From: Candidatus Hodarchaeota archaeon
GTDB lineage: Archaea; Asgardarchaeota; Lokiarchaeia; Sigyniarchaeales; SOKP01
Assembly (NCBI GenBank): GCA_048887225.1
Contig: JBHLJY010000002.1
Coordinates: 224,001-288,000 of the forward strand
Direction of reading: 5' to 3'
DNA length: 64,000 nt
Position 1 is the stretch's first letter. Each line of letters begins with the position of its first letter. Below are positions 19,086 through 27,768 of the stretch, piece after piece. The translations under genes were made by a program, and so were the position numbers. The notes under the pieces were generated by a model. The model did not search any database. It worked only from the letters and a program-made list of their open reading frames with translations, and was not told the DNA's origin.

Positions 19086-21011
19086 ATGGGAGACAAAAAT
19101 CCAATTATTATAGATTTTGAACCTATATCCAGAAGAGTCTATTATATTCCAAAGAAAACCATTTATGATTTATTAGCTAAGATAAACGTTCAAATTAGAA
19201 CTTTATGCGGGGGGGTGGGTACTTGTGGAAAATGTAAAATTATAGTACAAAAGGGTATTGAATATTTAAGTCCATCCACTGAAAACGAAAAAAATTTTTT
19301 GACAAGAGAAAAGTTTGAAAAAGGGTGGAGATTATCCTGCCAAACTTCTGTAAATGAGAAATTCATTAATAATTTAGAAAGGTCTGTAGCACCTCAATTT
19401 CGTATTCTTTTACCTGAGGAGTTACTACTTGAAGATTTTAAAATCCTTATATCAGGTATTAATAAGGGAGTAGAATTTAATCCTGCCATCAAAAAATTAT
19501 ATGTTGAAATAGAAAAACCTTCGTTAGAAAAACCAATTCCAGATTTAGAGAGAATTAAGAGATCAATAAAAAATCCAATTTATTTTAATTTTGATTTAAT
19601 GAATGTAATACCTAACATTTTAAGAGATAGCGATCATAAAATTACTCTAACTTTTTGGGATAACAATAGAATTATAGCTTGTGAACCTGGAAATACTATT
19701 AAAGAAAATTTCGGAATTGCCTTTGATATTGGGACTACAACAATTGTTGGATATTTAATCAATTTAAATAACGGAAAGATATATTCCATAGCTTCTAAGT
19801 TAAATCCTCAAACTGCATACGGCGAAGATGTTATTACTCGAATTACGTATATAAAAGATAATGAAGATGGTCTAGAAAAATTAAATTCTTTAGTCGTTGA
19901 AGCTTTAAACGATATTATTTTAAAAAATTGTGAGAGCGCAAAAATAGAGCCATCTCAGATTTATGAGGCAACAATTGTAGGAAACTCTGTCATGCATCAT
20001 ATATTCTTGGGATTAAATCCCGTTAATATTGGCTTGAGTCCTTATATCCCAATAGTTCAACATGGATTAAATATTAACTCAAAAAAGTTAAACTTGAATA
20101 TTTCAAGCCAAGGCAACATATATACTCTTCCAATTATCGCTGGATTTGTTGGAGCGGATACAATGGGAGTAATACTTTCATCACAGATAGATAAGGAGAA
20201 AGAGTTAACTTTAATAATTGATATCGGAACAAATGGCGAAATAATCTTGGGAAATAAAAAAATGTTAGCTACTGGTTCTTGTGCTGCCGGTTCTGCATTA
20301 GAAGGCGCTCACATTAGAGATGGAATGAGAGCAGCAGCAGGCGCAATAGATAGCATAAAAATAGATCCAAAAGATTTTAATGTCTCTTATACAACAATTA
20401 AAAATAAAAAACCAATTGGAATATGCGGATCTGGTTTAATAGACACCGTCGCAGAAATGTTAAAATCAAAAATTATTACTAGAAGCGGAACCTTTAATAA
20501 AGAATTTGTAAACCACGAGAGAATTATTAAAGGCGAAAATAATACTGAATTTGTTATTGCTAACAAAGAAGATAATAATTTAAATAAAGATATTAAAATC
20601 ACCCAAAAAGAGATTAGAGAAATACAAATGGCGAAAGCAGCCTTTTATTCGGGTATAAATGTAATATTAAAGTATTTAAATGTTAAATCAGAGATTAAGC
20701 AAGTATTTTTAGCAGGAGCATTTGGAAACTATATTAATAAAGAAAATGCGAAATTTATTGGAATGATACCTGATATTCCAAGTGATTTTATTTTTCAAAT
20801 TGGAAATGCTGCAGGAATTGGAGCTCAAAATTGCTTATTGAATAAAGAACTAAGGAAAAAAGCTGAAATATTATTAAAAAAAATAAAATATATCGAAATT
20901 GCAACAAAACAAGAATTTCAGAAGGAATACGCTGAAGCCATGTATTTCCCTCATATGAATCTTGAATATTTCCCTAGTTTAAAAGAATATTCAAAAATTC
21001 CAAAGAGGTAA
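19086..21011 (+). CDS. ASKHA ATPase with N-terminal 2Fe-2S ferredoxin (RACo-like reductive activator of corrinoid proteins)
   Basis: CGGVGTCGKC...RLSC, FDIGTTT, NPQ..YGEDVITR, GFVGAD, DIGTNGE, GICGSG, LAGAFG, GNAA. Confidence 0.9.
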   Translation: MGDKNPIIIDFEPISRRVYYIPKKTIYDLLAKINVQIRTLCGGVGTCGKCKIIVQKGIEYLSPSTENEKNFLTREKFEKGWRLSCQTSVNEKFINNLERSVAPQFRILLPEELLLEDFKILISGINKGVEFNPAIKKLYVEIEKPSLEKPIPDLERIKRSIKNPIYFNFDLMNVIPNILRDSDHKITLTFWDNNRIIACEPGNTIKENFGIAFDIGTTTIVGYLINLNNGKIYSIASKLNPQTAYGEDVITRITYIKDNEDGLEKLNSLVVEALNDIILKNCESAKIEPSQIYEATIVGNSVMHHIFLGLNPVNIGLSPYIPIVQHGLNINSKKLNLNISSQGNIYTLPIIAGFVGADTMGVILSSQIDKEKELTLIIDIGTNGEIILGNKKMLATGSCAAGSALEGAHIRDGMRAAAGAIDSIKIDPKDFNVSYTTIKNKKPIGICGSGLIDTVAEMLKSKIITRSGTFNKEFVNHERIIKGENNTEFVIANKEDNNLNKDIKITQKEIREIQMAKAAFYSGINVILKYLNVKSEIKQVFLAGAFGNYINKENAKFIGMIPDIPSDFIFQIGNAAGIGAQNCLLNKELRKKAEILLKKIKYIEIATKQEFQKEYAEAMYFPHMNLEYFPSLKEYSKIPKR

Positions 21012-21187
21012 AATTACACCATTTTTACAACTTTCTTTTTGTAAAAATATTTAAAACATAACAATTATTAAAAATTGTTAATTAAGCATTTGTATTTAAA
21101 AATTAAATAAATTCTTAAATATCATTTACGATATTTATTTATATACAAATAAAAAAAATAAAACAATCATAAAAGAAGAGAAGCCTT

Positions 21188-21718
21188 ATGTCAAGTTTTA
21201 AATTAAAAGTACTTTTAACTGGCGCCGCAGCTGTTGGAAAAACGAGTCTAGTCCAGAGATTCATCAAAAACAGGTTTGCGGCAAATTATAAGCTGACAGT
21301 AGGCGTAGATATCTTAACTAAGGATGTTGAGTTCCGCCCTGGTGAAATAGCAACTCTTTCTATCTGGGATATAGGCGGGCAGCAAAGATTCGAGTTTATA
21401 CGCTCCACTTTCTATAAAGGTGCTGCTGGTGCATTATTAGTTTTTGATCTTACAAGAGAACAAACATATACAGAAACAAGAAAATGGTTAACGGAAATTA
21501 GGCAATTTGCAGGAGAAAATATTCCATTTGTATTTATTGGTAATAAATTAGATTTATTGGAAGATGTGGGGGAAGTTATCGATCGAGCTGAAGCTAAAGG
21601 GTATGCTGAAAATGAGGGTAGTATATATATCGAGACATCTGCCAAAACTGGAATTAATGTTGATGAGGCATTCACCGAACTTACACGCAGAATAATAGAC
21701 TCAAGAACTCAAGTGTAA
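21188..21718 (+). CDS. Rab-like small GTPase
   Basis: GAAAVGKTS, TVGVD, WDIGGQQRF, FYKGA, LVFDLT, GNKLD, ETSAK. Confidence 0.93.
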   Translation: MSSFKLKVLLTGAAAVGKTSLVQRFIKNRFAANYKLTVGVDILTKDVEFRPGEIATLSIWDIGGQQRFEFIRSTFYKGAAGALLVFDLTREQTYTETRKWLTEIRQFAGENIPFVFIGNKLDLLEDVGEVIDRAEAKGYAENEGSIYIETSAKTGINVDEAFTELTRRIIDSRTQV

Positions 21719-21859
21719 TTTATAAAATTGTCTTATTATTCATTCTAAATTCTTAAAATTGTTGATCTTCTTAGATATATTTTAAAAATAAGCTATTTTT
21801 ATCGAATTTTCTAATAATCATTCATATTCAATAAAAATTAACTTAAATAAGACCAATTT

Positions 21860-23287
21860 TTATCCCTCAATTTTATTATCAATAAATTCTTCCCAAAGAT
21901 CTTCATGAATTAAATTTATTGCATTAGCGAGATTCTCTTTATCAATAACCAATGATAAATTTAATTCTTCTGAGCTTTGTGATAAGGCTTTCACATGTAT
22001 ATCTTTTTTATCTAATGCTTTGAAAATTTTTGCTTTCGTCTTATTTTCTAAAATTTTTGAGCCAGTTATATTAATTATTGCAACGTTTTCAGATTTAATT
22101 TCAAAAAATTCTGTGAAATGAGACGATTTTCTTAAAGCATTTTCCGCCTTTTCTGCGTCTGTTTGTTTTACTACGAATGAAGTACTAATTTCTGAAGCAC
22201 TTTGTGACACTAGAGACACACTTATATTGTTTTTGCCCATGATTTTAAATATCTTTGCTAAAATTCCGGGCACATCAACCATAGATCCAGAAGTAATAGT
22301 AATTATGGTAGCATCTTCCATAGCAGATATTCCTTTTATCTCGTTCCTATCTGTATCCTCAGATATCATTGTAAAGTTGAAATTTTCTGCCGGTTTGTCA
22401 AAGTTTCGAATTTCTAATGGGATTTTATTCTTTTCTAGAGCCTCCAAACATTTAGGATGCAATACTTTTGCACCAAAATTTGCAATCTCTTTTGCTTCAG
22501 CGTAATCTATTTTCTTTATTAAAGATGATTTTGGGACGTAATTTGGATTGATTGCGAGTAAACCATCCACATCTTTCCATAGTATGACTTTAATATCTTT
22601 ATCTTTTCCTACTTCATATAAAGAATGTGCCAATATGGTTGCGGTGTAGTCAGAACCTCCTCGACCTAACGTAGTTATATAACCAATTTTATTTCTCCCA
22701 ATAAATCCCGTTATACAGAAAATGAATTCCTTATTTACATTCTCTAATAGTGGGATAATCTTATTTTTTACTCGATTGTTAGTTAAATCATATAAAGGAT
22801 AAGCGTTACCGAAATTATCATCTGTTATAATTATTTTGTTTGCAGGAATATAAACAGAATCTAAATTTTTACTATGAAGATATTCATTCAAGATATAAGT
22901 TGATAGGATTTCTCCAAAACTCGAAATATAATCAGCATAATAGGGTTCTAATCCAAATTCTTTGATGTCTTCAAAAACATCTTCTAGTTCGCTTAATTTT
23001 TCATCAACCCAATCTTTTGCTTTAATATAATGTGGAGAATCTTCTTGAAAGATTTCTTCAATTATATCAATATGTCTTTTTTCTATTATTGCCATATTTT
23101 TATCTATTTCTTTTTGCTTGGCAATGTTTTTCGCAGTATTTAATAATAAGTCTGTAATTCCATTCAAAGCTGAGGCAATGTAAATTTTTTTTTCATTTTC
23201 ATAGATCTTGGTAATCTCATAAATTTTACTAAACGATTTTTTATCAATTAAACAACTTCCGCCAAATTTCATTATGATGATGGTCAT
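21860..23287 (-). CDS. lysC: Aspartate kinase with ACT domains
   Basis: MKFGGS, SFGE.LS, TTLGRGGSDYTA, WKDVDG, FGAKVLHP, ACT SQSASE. Confidence 0.9.
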   Translation of the reverse strand: MTIIIMKFGGSCLIDKKSFSKIYEITKIYENEKKIYIASALNGITDLLLNTAKNIAKQKEIDKNMAIIEKRHIDIIEEIFQEDSPHYIKAKDWVDEKLSELEDVFEDIKEFGLEPYYADYISSFGEILSTYILNEYLHSKNLDSVYIPANKIIITDDNFGNAYPLYDLTNNRVKNKIIPLLENVNKEFIFCITGFIGRNKIGYITTLGRGGSDYTATILAHSLYEVGKDKDIKVILWKDVDGLLAINPNYVPKSSLIKKIDYAEAKEIANFGAKVLHPKCLEALEKNKIPLEIRNFDKPAENFNFTMISEDTDRNEIKGISAMEDATIITITSGSMVDVPGILAKIFKIMGKNNISVSLVSQSASEISTSFVVKQTDAEKAENALRKSSHFTEFFEIKSENVAIINITGSKILENKTKAKIFKALDKKDIHVKALSQSSEELNLSLVIDKENLANAINLIHEDLWEEFIDNKIEG

Positions 23288-23408
23288 ATTTTTTACACCT
23301 ATGAAATAATCATTCTAGATATGGTTAAAGAGACAGTTTTATTAAACTTTTTTGGTAAGAAATGAATAGAGGGAAAATGTATTATTTTCCCATAACTTTC
23401 TAAATTTA

Positions 23409-24281
23409 ATGATCGATCTGCATCTGCATTCTAATAAATCAGATGGTTTAGATACACCTTCACAGTTAATTGATAAGGCTCAAAAACTTGATATCGGTGC
23501 AGTTGCATTAACTGACCATGATACTATTGATGGTGTTCAAGAATTTCTCTCATATGGAGAAGAAAAGGATATTATAGTTCTTTCAGGTATTGAAATATCT
23601 ATCAGACACGAGCCAGAAAGAGAAATAAAAGATATTCATATTATAGGTTTAAATATTGATTATAATTCTGCCGAATTAATTAAAACTCTTAAACTACAGA
23701 AGGAAGGGCGTTTAAAACAAAAAAAACAGATATGTGACAGACTTCGAGAAGAACAAGGATATAATATAACGTATGAAGAAGTTAAATCAATTGCTGGCAA
23801 TCACATTGTAGGACGGCCTCATATAGTTGAAATTATGAAAAAAAATAATCCAGATAAAATTAAAGGAAAAACAAACAATGATTTATTTAAAATGATAAGT
23901 TTAGGGGGCATCGCTTACGTGAATAGGGAGTTTGAGTTAAATTTTGAAGAATCAATAGAATTAATTAATGCAGCTGGAGGAGTTCCTGTTATAGCTCATC
24001 CAGGAGTATATAAAGTCTCTAATAGATCAAAATTTATTGAATTTTGTGTAAACGCTGGAATTAAAGGAATAGAAATAGAATATACTTATTCAAAAAATAG
24101 ACCTTTTTATAATACAGAAAATGCAAAATGGGCACAAGAATACTTTCCCGATTTTTATCGGAAACTTGCTAAACGATTTAATTTAACTAGATCAGGAGGT
24201 TCGGATTACCATGGAGGTAAAAAAGGTATAAAAATGGGTGATGCAAATGTTCCAGGTAAGTATTTAAAAAATTTTATTTAA
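23409..24281 (+). CDS. PHP-domain metal-dependent phosphoesterase
   Basis: DLHLHS..SDG, ALTDHDT, GIEIS, GRPH, IAHP, GGSDYHG. Confidence 0.92.
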   Translation: MIDLHLHSNKSDGLDTPSQLIDKAQKLDIGAVALTDHDTIDGVQEFLSYGEEKDIIVLSGIEISIRHEPEREIKDIHIIGLNIDYNSAELIKTLKLQKEGRLKQKKQICDRLREEQGYNITYEEVKSIAGNHIVGRPHIVEIMKKNNPDKIKGKTNNDLFKMISLGGIAYVNREFELNFEESIELINAAGGVPVIAHPGVYKVSNRSKFIEFCVNAGIKGIEIEYTYSKNRPFYNTENAKWAQEYFPDFYRKLAKRFNLTRSGGSDYHGGKKGIKMGDANVPGKYLKNFI

Positions 24282-24339
24282 TTTATATGTTTGATTAGAA
24301 TATGAATTAAGCTTTTCAGTTGAATAACAGCTTTATTCA

Positions 24340-26349
24340 TTATTCTAAATTATCTAATATTTCCTGAATCTCCTGAATTTGTTTATCTGTTTTTTTCTCT
24401 ATGATCATCAATTTCATTTTCTTTTCACTAAGCTCTTCAGCAGTAATTTCTCCAGATAGTTCTTGCATATCAAAATCCAAAGCCATTTCTTGAAGTTTTG
24501 CCTTTTTAATTTTAAGGTCCATTAAAGACTTCTCTATTTGTTTTTTGCTAGCTCCTTCTGGTACATCAATAGATGACTCTAGGGAGGATTCTTGAACTTC
24601 AGTTACGGAAACTTCCGAAACAGGAGGCAATGGTTTAATTGGTTTTTTAGGAAATATTGGTGGTTTCAATTTTATAGGTTTTTTAGGAATTATTGGTGGT
24701 TTCAATTTTATAGGTTTTTTAGGAATTGTAGGAGCTGTTAGTTTAGGAGGTTTTGATATAGAACTTGTTATTTTCTTTGGAGCAACAGGTGGTTTTACTT
24801 CATCAGGATTTATGACGTGACCAAAAGAAGAAGTTTTCAATTTTGCTTTAGCATCTTCTGGTACTTCCAGAATTTTCTTAGGGTTTTGTCTAATTATAAA
24901 ATCTTCTGGCTTTAATTTTATTCCCGTATGAGTCTTAGATATTGAGGATTTAATTAACTTTTTTTCTTCTTCCTCAGTTTTTTCTACTTCTACTTGTTTT
25001 TGTATTGTTGGCGGAGCTTTTTCAGTCTCCAGCGCTTTTAAAAACGATGGTTTCTCTACTATAATTTGTTCAGATGGTTTCATTGGTTCAATTTTTTGTG
25101 GAACCTCGGGTAGCGTAGGCTCTTTTGGAATTTCAAGCTCTTGAGGTGGTGGAGGCTCTGGCGCTTTTAGTATCTTTGGTTCTTCTAAAATTTCAGGCTC
25201 TTGAGGTGGTGGGAGTGGAGCTTCTACCGCTTTTGGTATTTTTGGTTCTTCTTTAATCTCAAATACTTGAGGTTCTTGAGGTAATTCTTCAGCTAATTCT
25301 GTGATTCCCGCACTACTCAATATTTCTTTTATTTTTTCTGCCTTCTCGTAGAATTCACGACCAAGTGAGTCGTCTCCTAATTCAATACATAAATCTGAAA
25401 TTTTTTGAAATAATAAAAGCGCTTTGTTGAATTCACGACTTTCAAGCGCTTTCATTGCATCTTCTGTAAATTTATCCCTTTGAAGTAAAGGTCTTAATAA
25501 TGGCGAAATTTCAGCACTCATCTCTAAAATATCTGCAATTATTTGAATCATTTTATCACGATTTTCTGGTTCTGTAGCAATCATGGAATATGTCTTTAAT
25601 CCTAAAATTTTTTCTATTTGGCCAGGTTTCAATGCATTACTTAAATCTTGTTTATTACCAATTACGGCAGTATGAGCATCTGGTGCTTCTTCTTTTATTA
25701 ATTCTAAGAAAAATTTGCTTTTTTCTACATTTTCAAGTGTAGAATCCGTAACTAAAAGTACAGCATCGCTCCCTTTCACGAAATTATTCCATAAATAACT
25801 AAACTGCTCCTGTCCCGCAAAATCCCATAAGTGAAAATGTAATTTTCCTATTTTTATTGTCACAATATCCCCTGTAATAGTAGGAACGTGTTTCATTGGA
25901 ATTTCTTCTGCCTTAATTAATTTTGTTATTGTTGTTTTACCAACTCCAGCAAATCCGACCAAAGATATTTTAGGTCTTAAATTACGATGAATTGAATCAA
26001 TTGTTGTATCGAATACACTGAAAGTCTTAGGATCAAATTTATGTTTTATAATATCCTCAAATAAGTTTAAAAATTCATTTTTACATTTTATTAACTCTTT
26101 TTGTATTGGATCAGCTCTGTCTGTTAAACCCGTAACAAATAGAAACATTAATTTTTCAGGAGTTCCAGTATAAGTTATCTTATATTTATAATAATCGTAA
26201 GAGTGAATGGATGTGGCATTATTTTTATTAAAATCGTCTTCCATTAATTTAACAACAAGCTTAGATAAAATATCTTGCTTAAGTGCTTTTCCAAAATGCC
26301 TGAAGTATAAGAGATCCTTACCTTTATAGATATATACTTGTCGTAATAT
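24340..26349 (-). CDS. Longin-like domain + Arf-like small GTPase + MIT/TPR-like helices + Pro/Lys-rich linker + C-terminal coiled coil; probable ATA start at 26349 (track start 26244)
   Basis: GFAGVGKTT, WDFAGQEQF, GNKQDL. The in-frame extension ILRQVYIYKGKDLLYFRHFG looks like longin beta1-beta2. GGTGGG RBS lies 6 nt before the ATA. Confidence 0.8.
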   Translation of the reverse strand: MLRQVYIYKGKDLLYFRHFGKALKQDILSKLVVKLMEDDFNKNNATSIHSYDYYKYKITYTGTPEKLMFLFVTGLTDRADPIQKELIKCKNEFLNLFEDIIKHKFDPKTFSVFDTTIDSIHRNLRPKISLVGFAGVGKTTITKLIKAEEIPMKHVPTITGDIVTIKIGKLHFHLWDFAGQEQFSYLWNNFVKGSDAVLLVTDSTLENVEKSKFFLELIKEEAPDAHTAVIGNKQDLSNALKPGQIEKILGLKTYSMIATEPENRDKMIQIIADILEMSAEISPLLRPLLQRDKFTEDAMKALESREFNKALLLFQKISDLCIELGDDSLGREFYEKAEKIKEILSSAGITELAEELPQEPQVFEIKEEPKIPKAVEAPLPPPQEPEILEEPKILKAPEPPPPQELEIPKEPTLPEVPQKIEPMKPSEQIIVEKPSFLKALETEKAPPTIQKQVEVEKTEEEEKKLIKSSISKTHTGIKLKPEDFIIRQNPKKILEVPEDAKAKLKTSSFGHVINPDEVKPPVAPKKITSSISKPPKLTAPTIPKKPIKLKPPIIPKKPIKLKPPIFPKKPIKPLPPVSEVSVTEVQESSLESSIDVPEGASKKQIEKSLMDLKIKKAKLQEMALDFDMQELSGEITAEELSEKKMKLMIIEKKTDKQIQEIQEILDNLE
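24641..24726. repeat. 36-bp intragenic tandem repeat (~2.4 copies) encoding PKKPIKLKPPI(I/F)
   Basis: GGTTTTTTAGGAA(A/T)TATTGGTGGTTTCAATTTTATA starts at 24641 and 24677, with a partial copy at 24713. Confidence 0.9.
25130..25252. repeat. ~60-bp degenerate intragenic duplication encoding EEPKIxKAxE(AP)xPPPQExEI
   Basis: ATTTCA(A/G)GCTCTTGAGGTGGTGG recurs at ~25130 and ~25190. Confidence 0.75.
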
Positions 26350-26371
26350 ATTAGTCCCACCTTTACTATTT

Positions 26372-26866
26372 CTAACTTGAAATAAATTTTATAAGTTCTT
26401 TGATAATTGAATATTTTTCTTTACTGATGGTTGCTTTTTCTAATGCGGCTTCAATTTTATCCATGTCTTTAGAAAAATCAAATACAGAAAAGCTCTTAAT
26501 TTCTTGTTCCTGCTTAATTTCACTCAGTTTTTGAGCAAAAACTCTAATACTGGGCATGAATTGTGCTAAATTCAAACCTAAATTAACTTTTGAAATTATA
26601 ATTAATTCTTTACTAATTGTGAATAAGTAATTAAACTCTTCGGTCTCAAAAGCAAATGAGCTGATCTGATTTAAATCTAATTCTTTAGCAATTGCTTCTT
26701 TTTTACTAATTAATTCAAGTATCTTCTGTGGAATAACTTTTCCTTTTGTAAGTGTGTCTATATTTGAGGAAAGAATTATACCGTATCGATTAGCTATGGC
26801 ACAATCAGTTTTTAATTCGTTTTTAAGTTGAGAAACAACAGCTTCGTAATTTATTTTTACTGACAT
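26372..26866 (-). CDS. Roadblock/LAMTOR-like (profilin-like fold) domain protein
   Basis: Helix, CAIANRYGIILSS, helix ending AKELDLNQI, then three short strands. Lies directly upstream of the GTPase. Confidence 0.6.
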   Translation of the reverse strand: MSVKINYEAVVSQLKNELKTDCAIANRYGIILSSNIDTLTKGKVIPQKILELISKKEAIAKELDLNQISSFAFETEEFNYLFTISKELIIISKVNLGLNLAQFMPSIRVFAQKLSEIKQEQEIKSFSVFDFSKDMDKIEAALEKATISKEKYSIIKELIKFISS

Positions 26867-26979
26867 ATCTAAAGTCGGTTTCTTATTCGTTTAATATCTT
26901 AATAAAAGAATATTTATTTATATTTTGTTAATATTTAATTATTCATACGATATTAACAACTTATTATTAAATCTTTAAT

Positions 26980-27768
26980 TTGAAACCATATAAATACCAT
27001 TTTAGTGAAAAGGAATCGGATATAACAATTATTTCAGAGTCGAAAAAAGCAATATTAAGAGCAAAAGAGGCGTTTTATTATCATCGAAAAATTTTAGAAG
27101 AATATGTGTTAAAAGAAACTCAATTTCTGAAATCCTTTACTCCTGTTAAGGTCAAAACCGATAAAGATATTATTAATTTAATGGCAGAAACAGCATTTTT
27201 ATGCGATGTTGGTCCTATGGCTACAGTGGCAGGAGCCTTGGCAGATTTGATGTTAGAAGTGATGAAAAACAAAAATAATTCTGATTTTATACATGCGAAA
27301 ATAGCTTTAGTCGAAAATGGTGGTGAAATAGCTATAGATTCAGTAAAACCTATGAAAATAGCTCTTTATGCTGGAAATAACGAATTAAATCTAAATGTTG
27401 GTTTTTTAATCGAAAAGAAGGATAATCCAATTGGCATTGGTACTAGTTCGGCTACTGTTGGACATGCTATAAGTTTAGGTGAAGCTGATGCCGTTACCAT
27501 CTTTGCTGATAATGCTACTTTAGCAGATGGGGCCGCTACGGCAATAGCAAATTTAGTAAAAGGAAATGATATAGAAAAATCTATTAAAAAAGGATTAGAT
27601 GCTGTTGATGATATTGAGGGTGTAAGAGGCGCTTTTATTAGCCGTGAGAATAATGTCGGCCAAGTGGGAAAAATCCCTAAACTAATCAAGATTGAAGGAG
27701 AAAAAAATAAAATTTTAAAAGAGAAATTTGAAAATCTATTTCCTGGAGATTACCAAATTTTTAAATGA
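26980..27768 (+). CDS. UPF0280/ApbE-like protein
   Basis: VGPMATVAGALAD, VENGGEIA, GIGTSSATVGHAISLGEADAVT, LADGAATAIAN. Confidence 0.9.
   Translation: MKPYKYHFSEKESDITIISESKKAILRAKEAFYYHRKILEEYVLKETQFLKSFTPVKVKTDKDIINLMAETAFLCDVGPMATVAGALADLMLEVMKNKNNSDFIHAKIALVENGGEIAIDSVKPMKIALYAGNNELNLNVGFLIEKKDNPIGIGTSSATVGHAISLGEADAVTIFADNATLADGAATAIANLVKGNDIEKSIKKGLDAVDDIEGVRGAFISRENNVGQVGKIPKLIKIEGEKNKILKEKFENLFPGDYQIFK

Noticed and set aside
26350-26395. Programmed frameshift fusing the roadblock gene to the GTPase
   Set aside because: No convincing slippery site; an SD plus ATA start explains the extension more simply.
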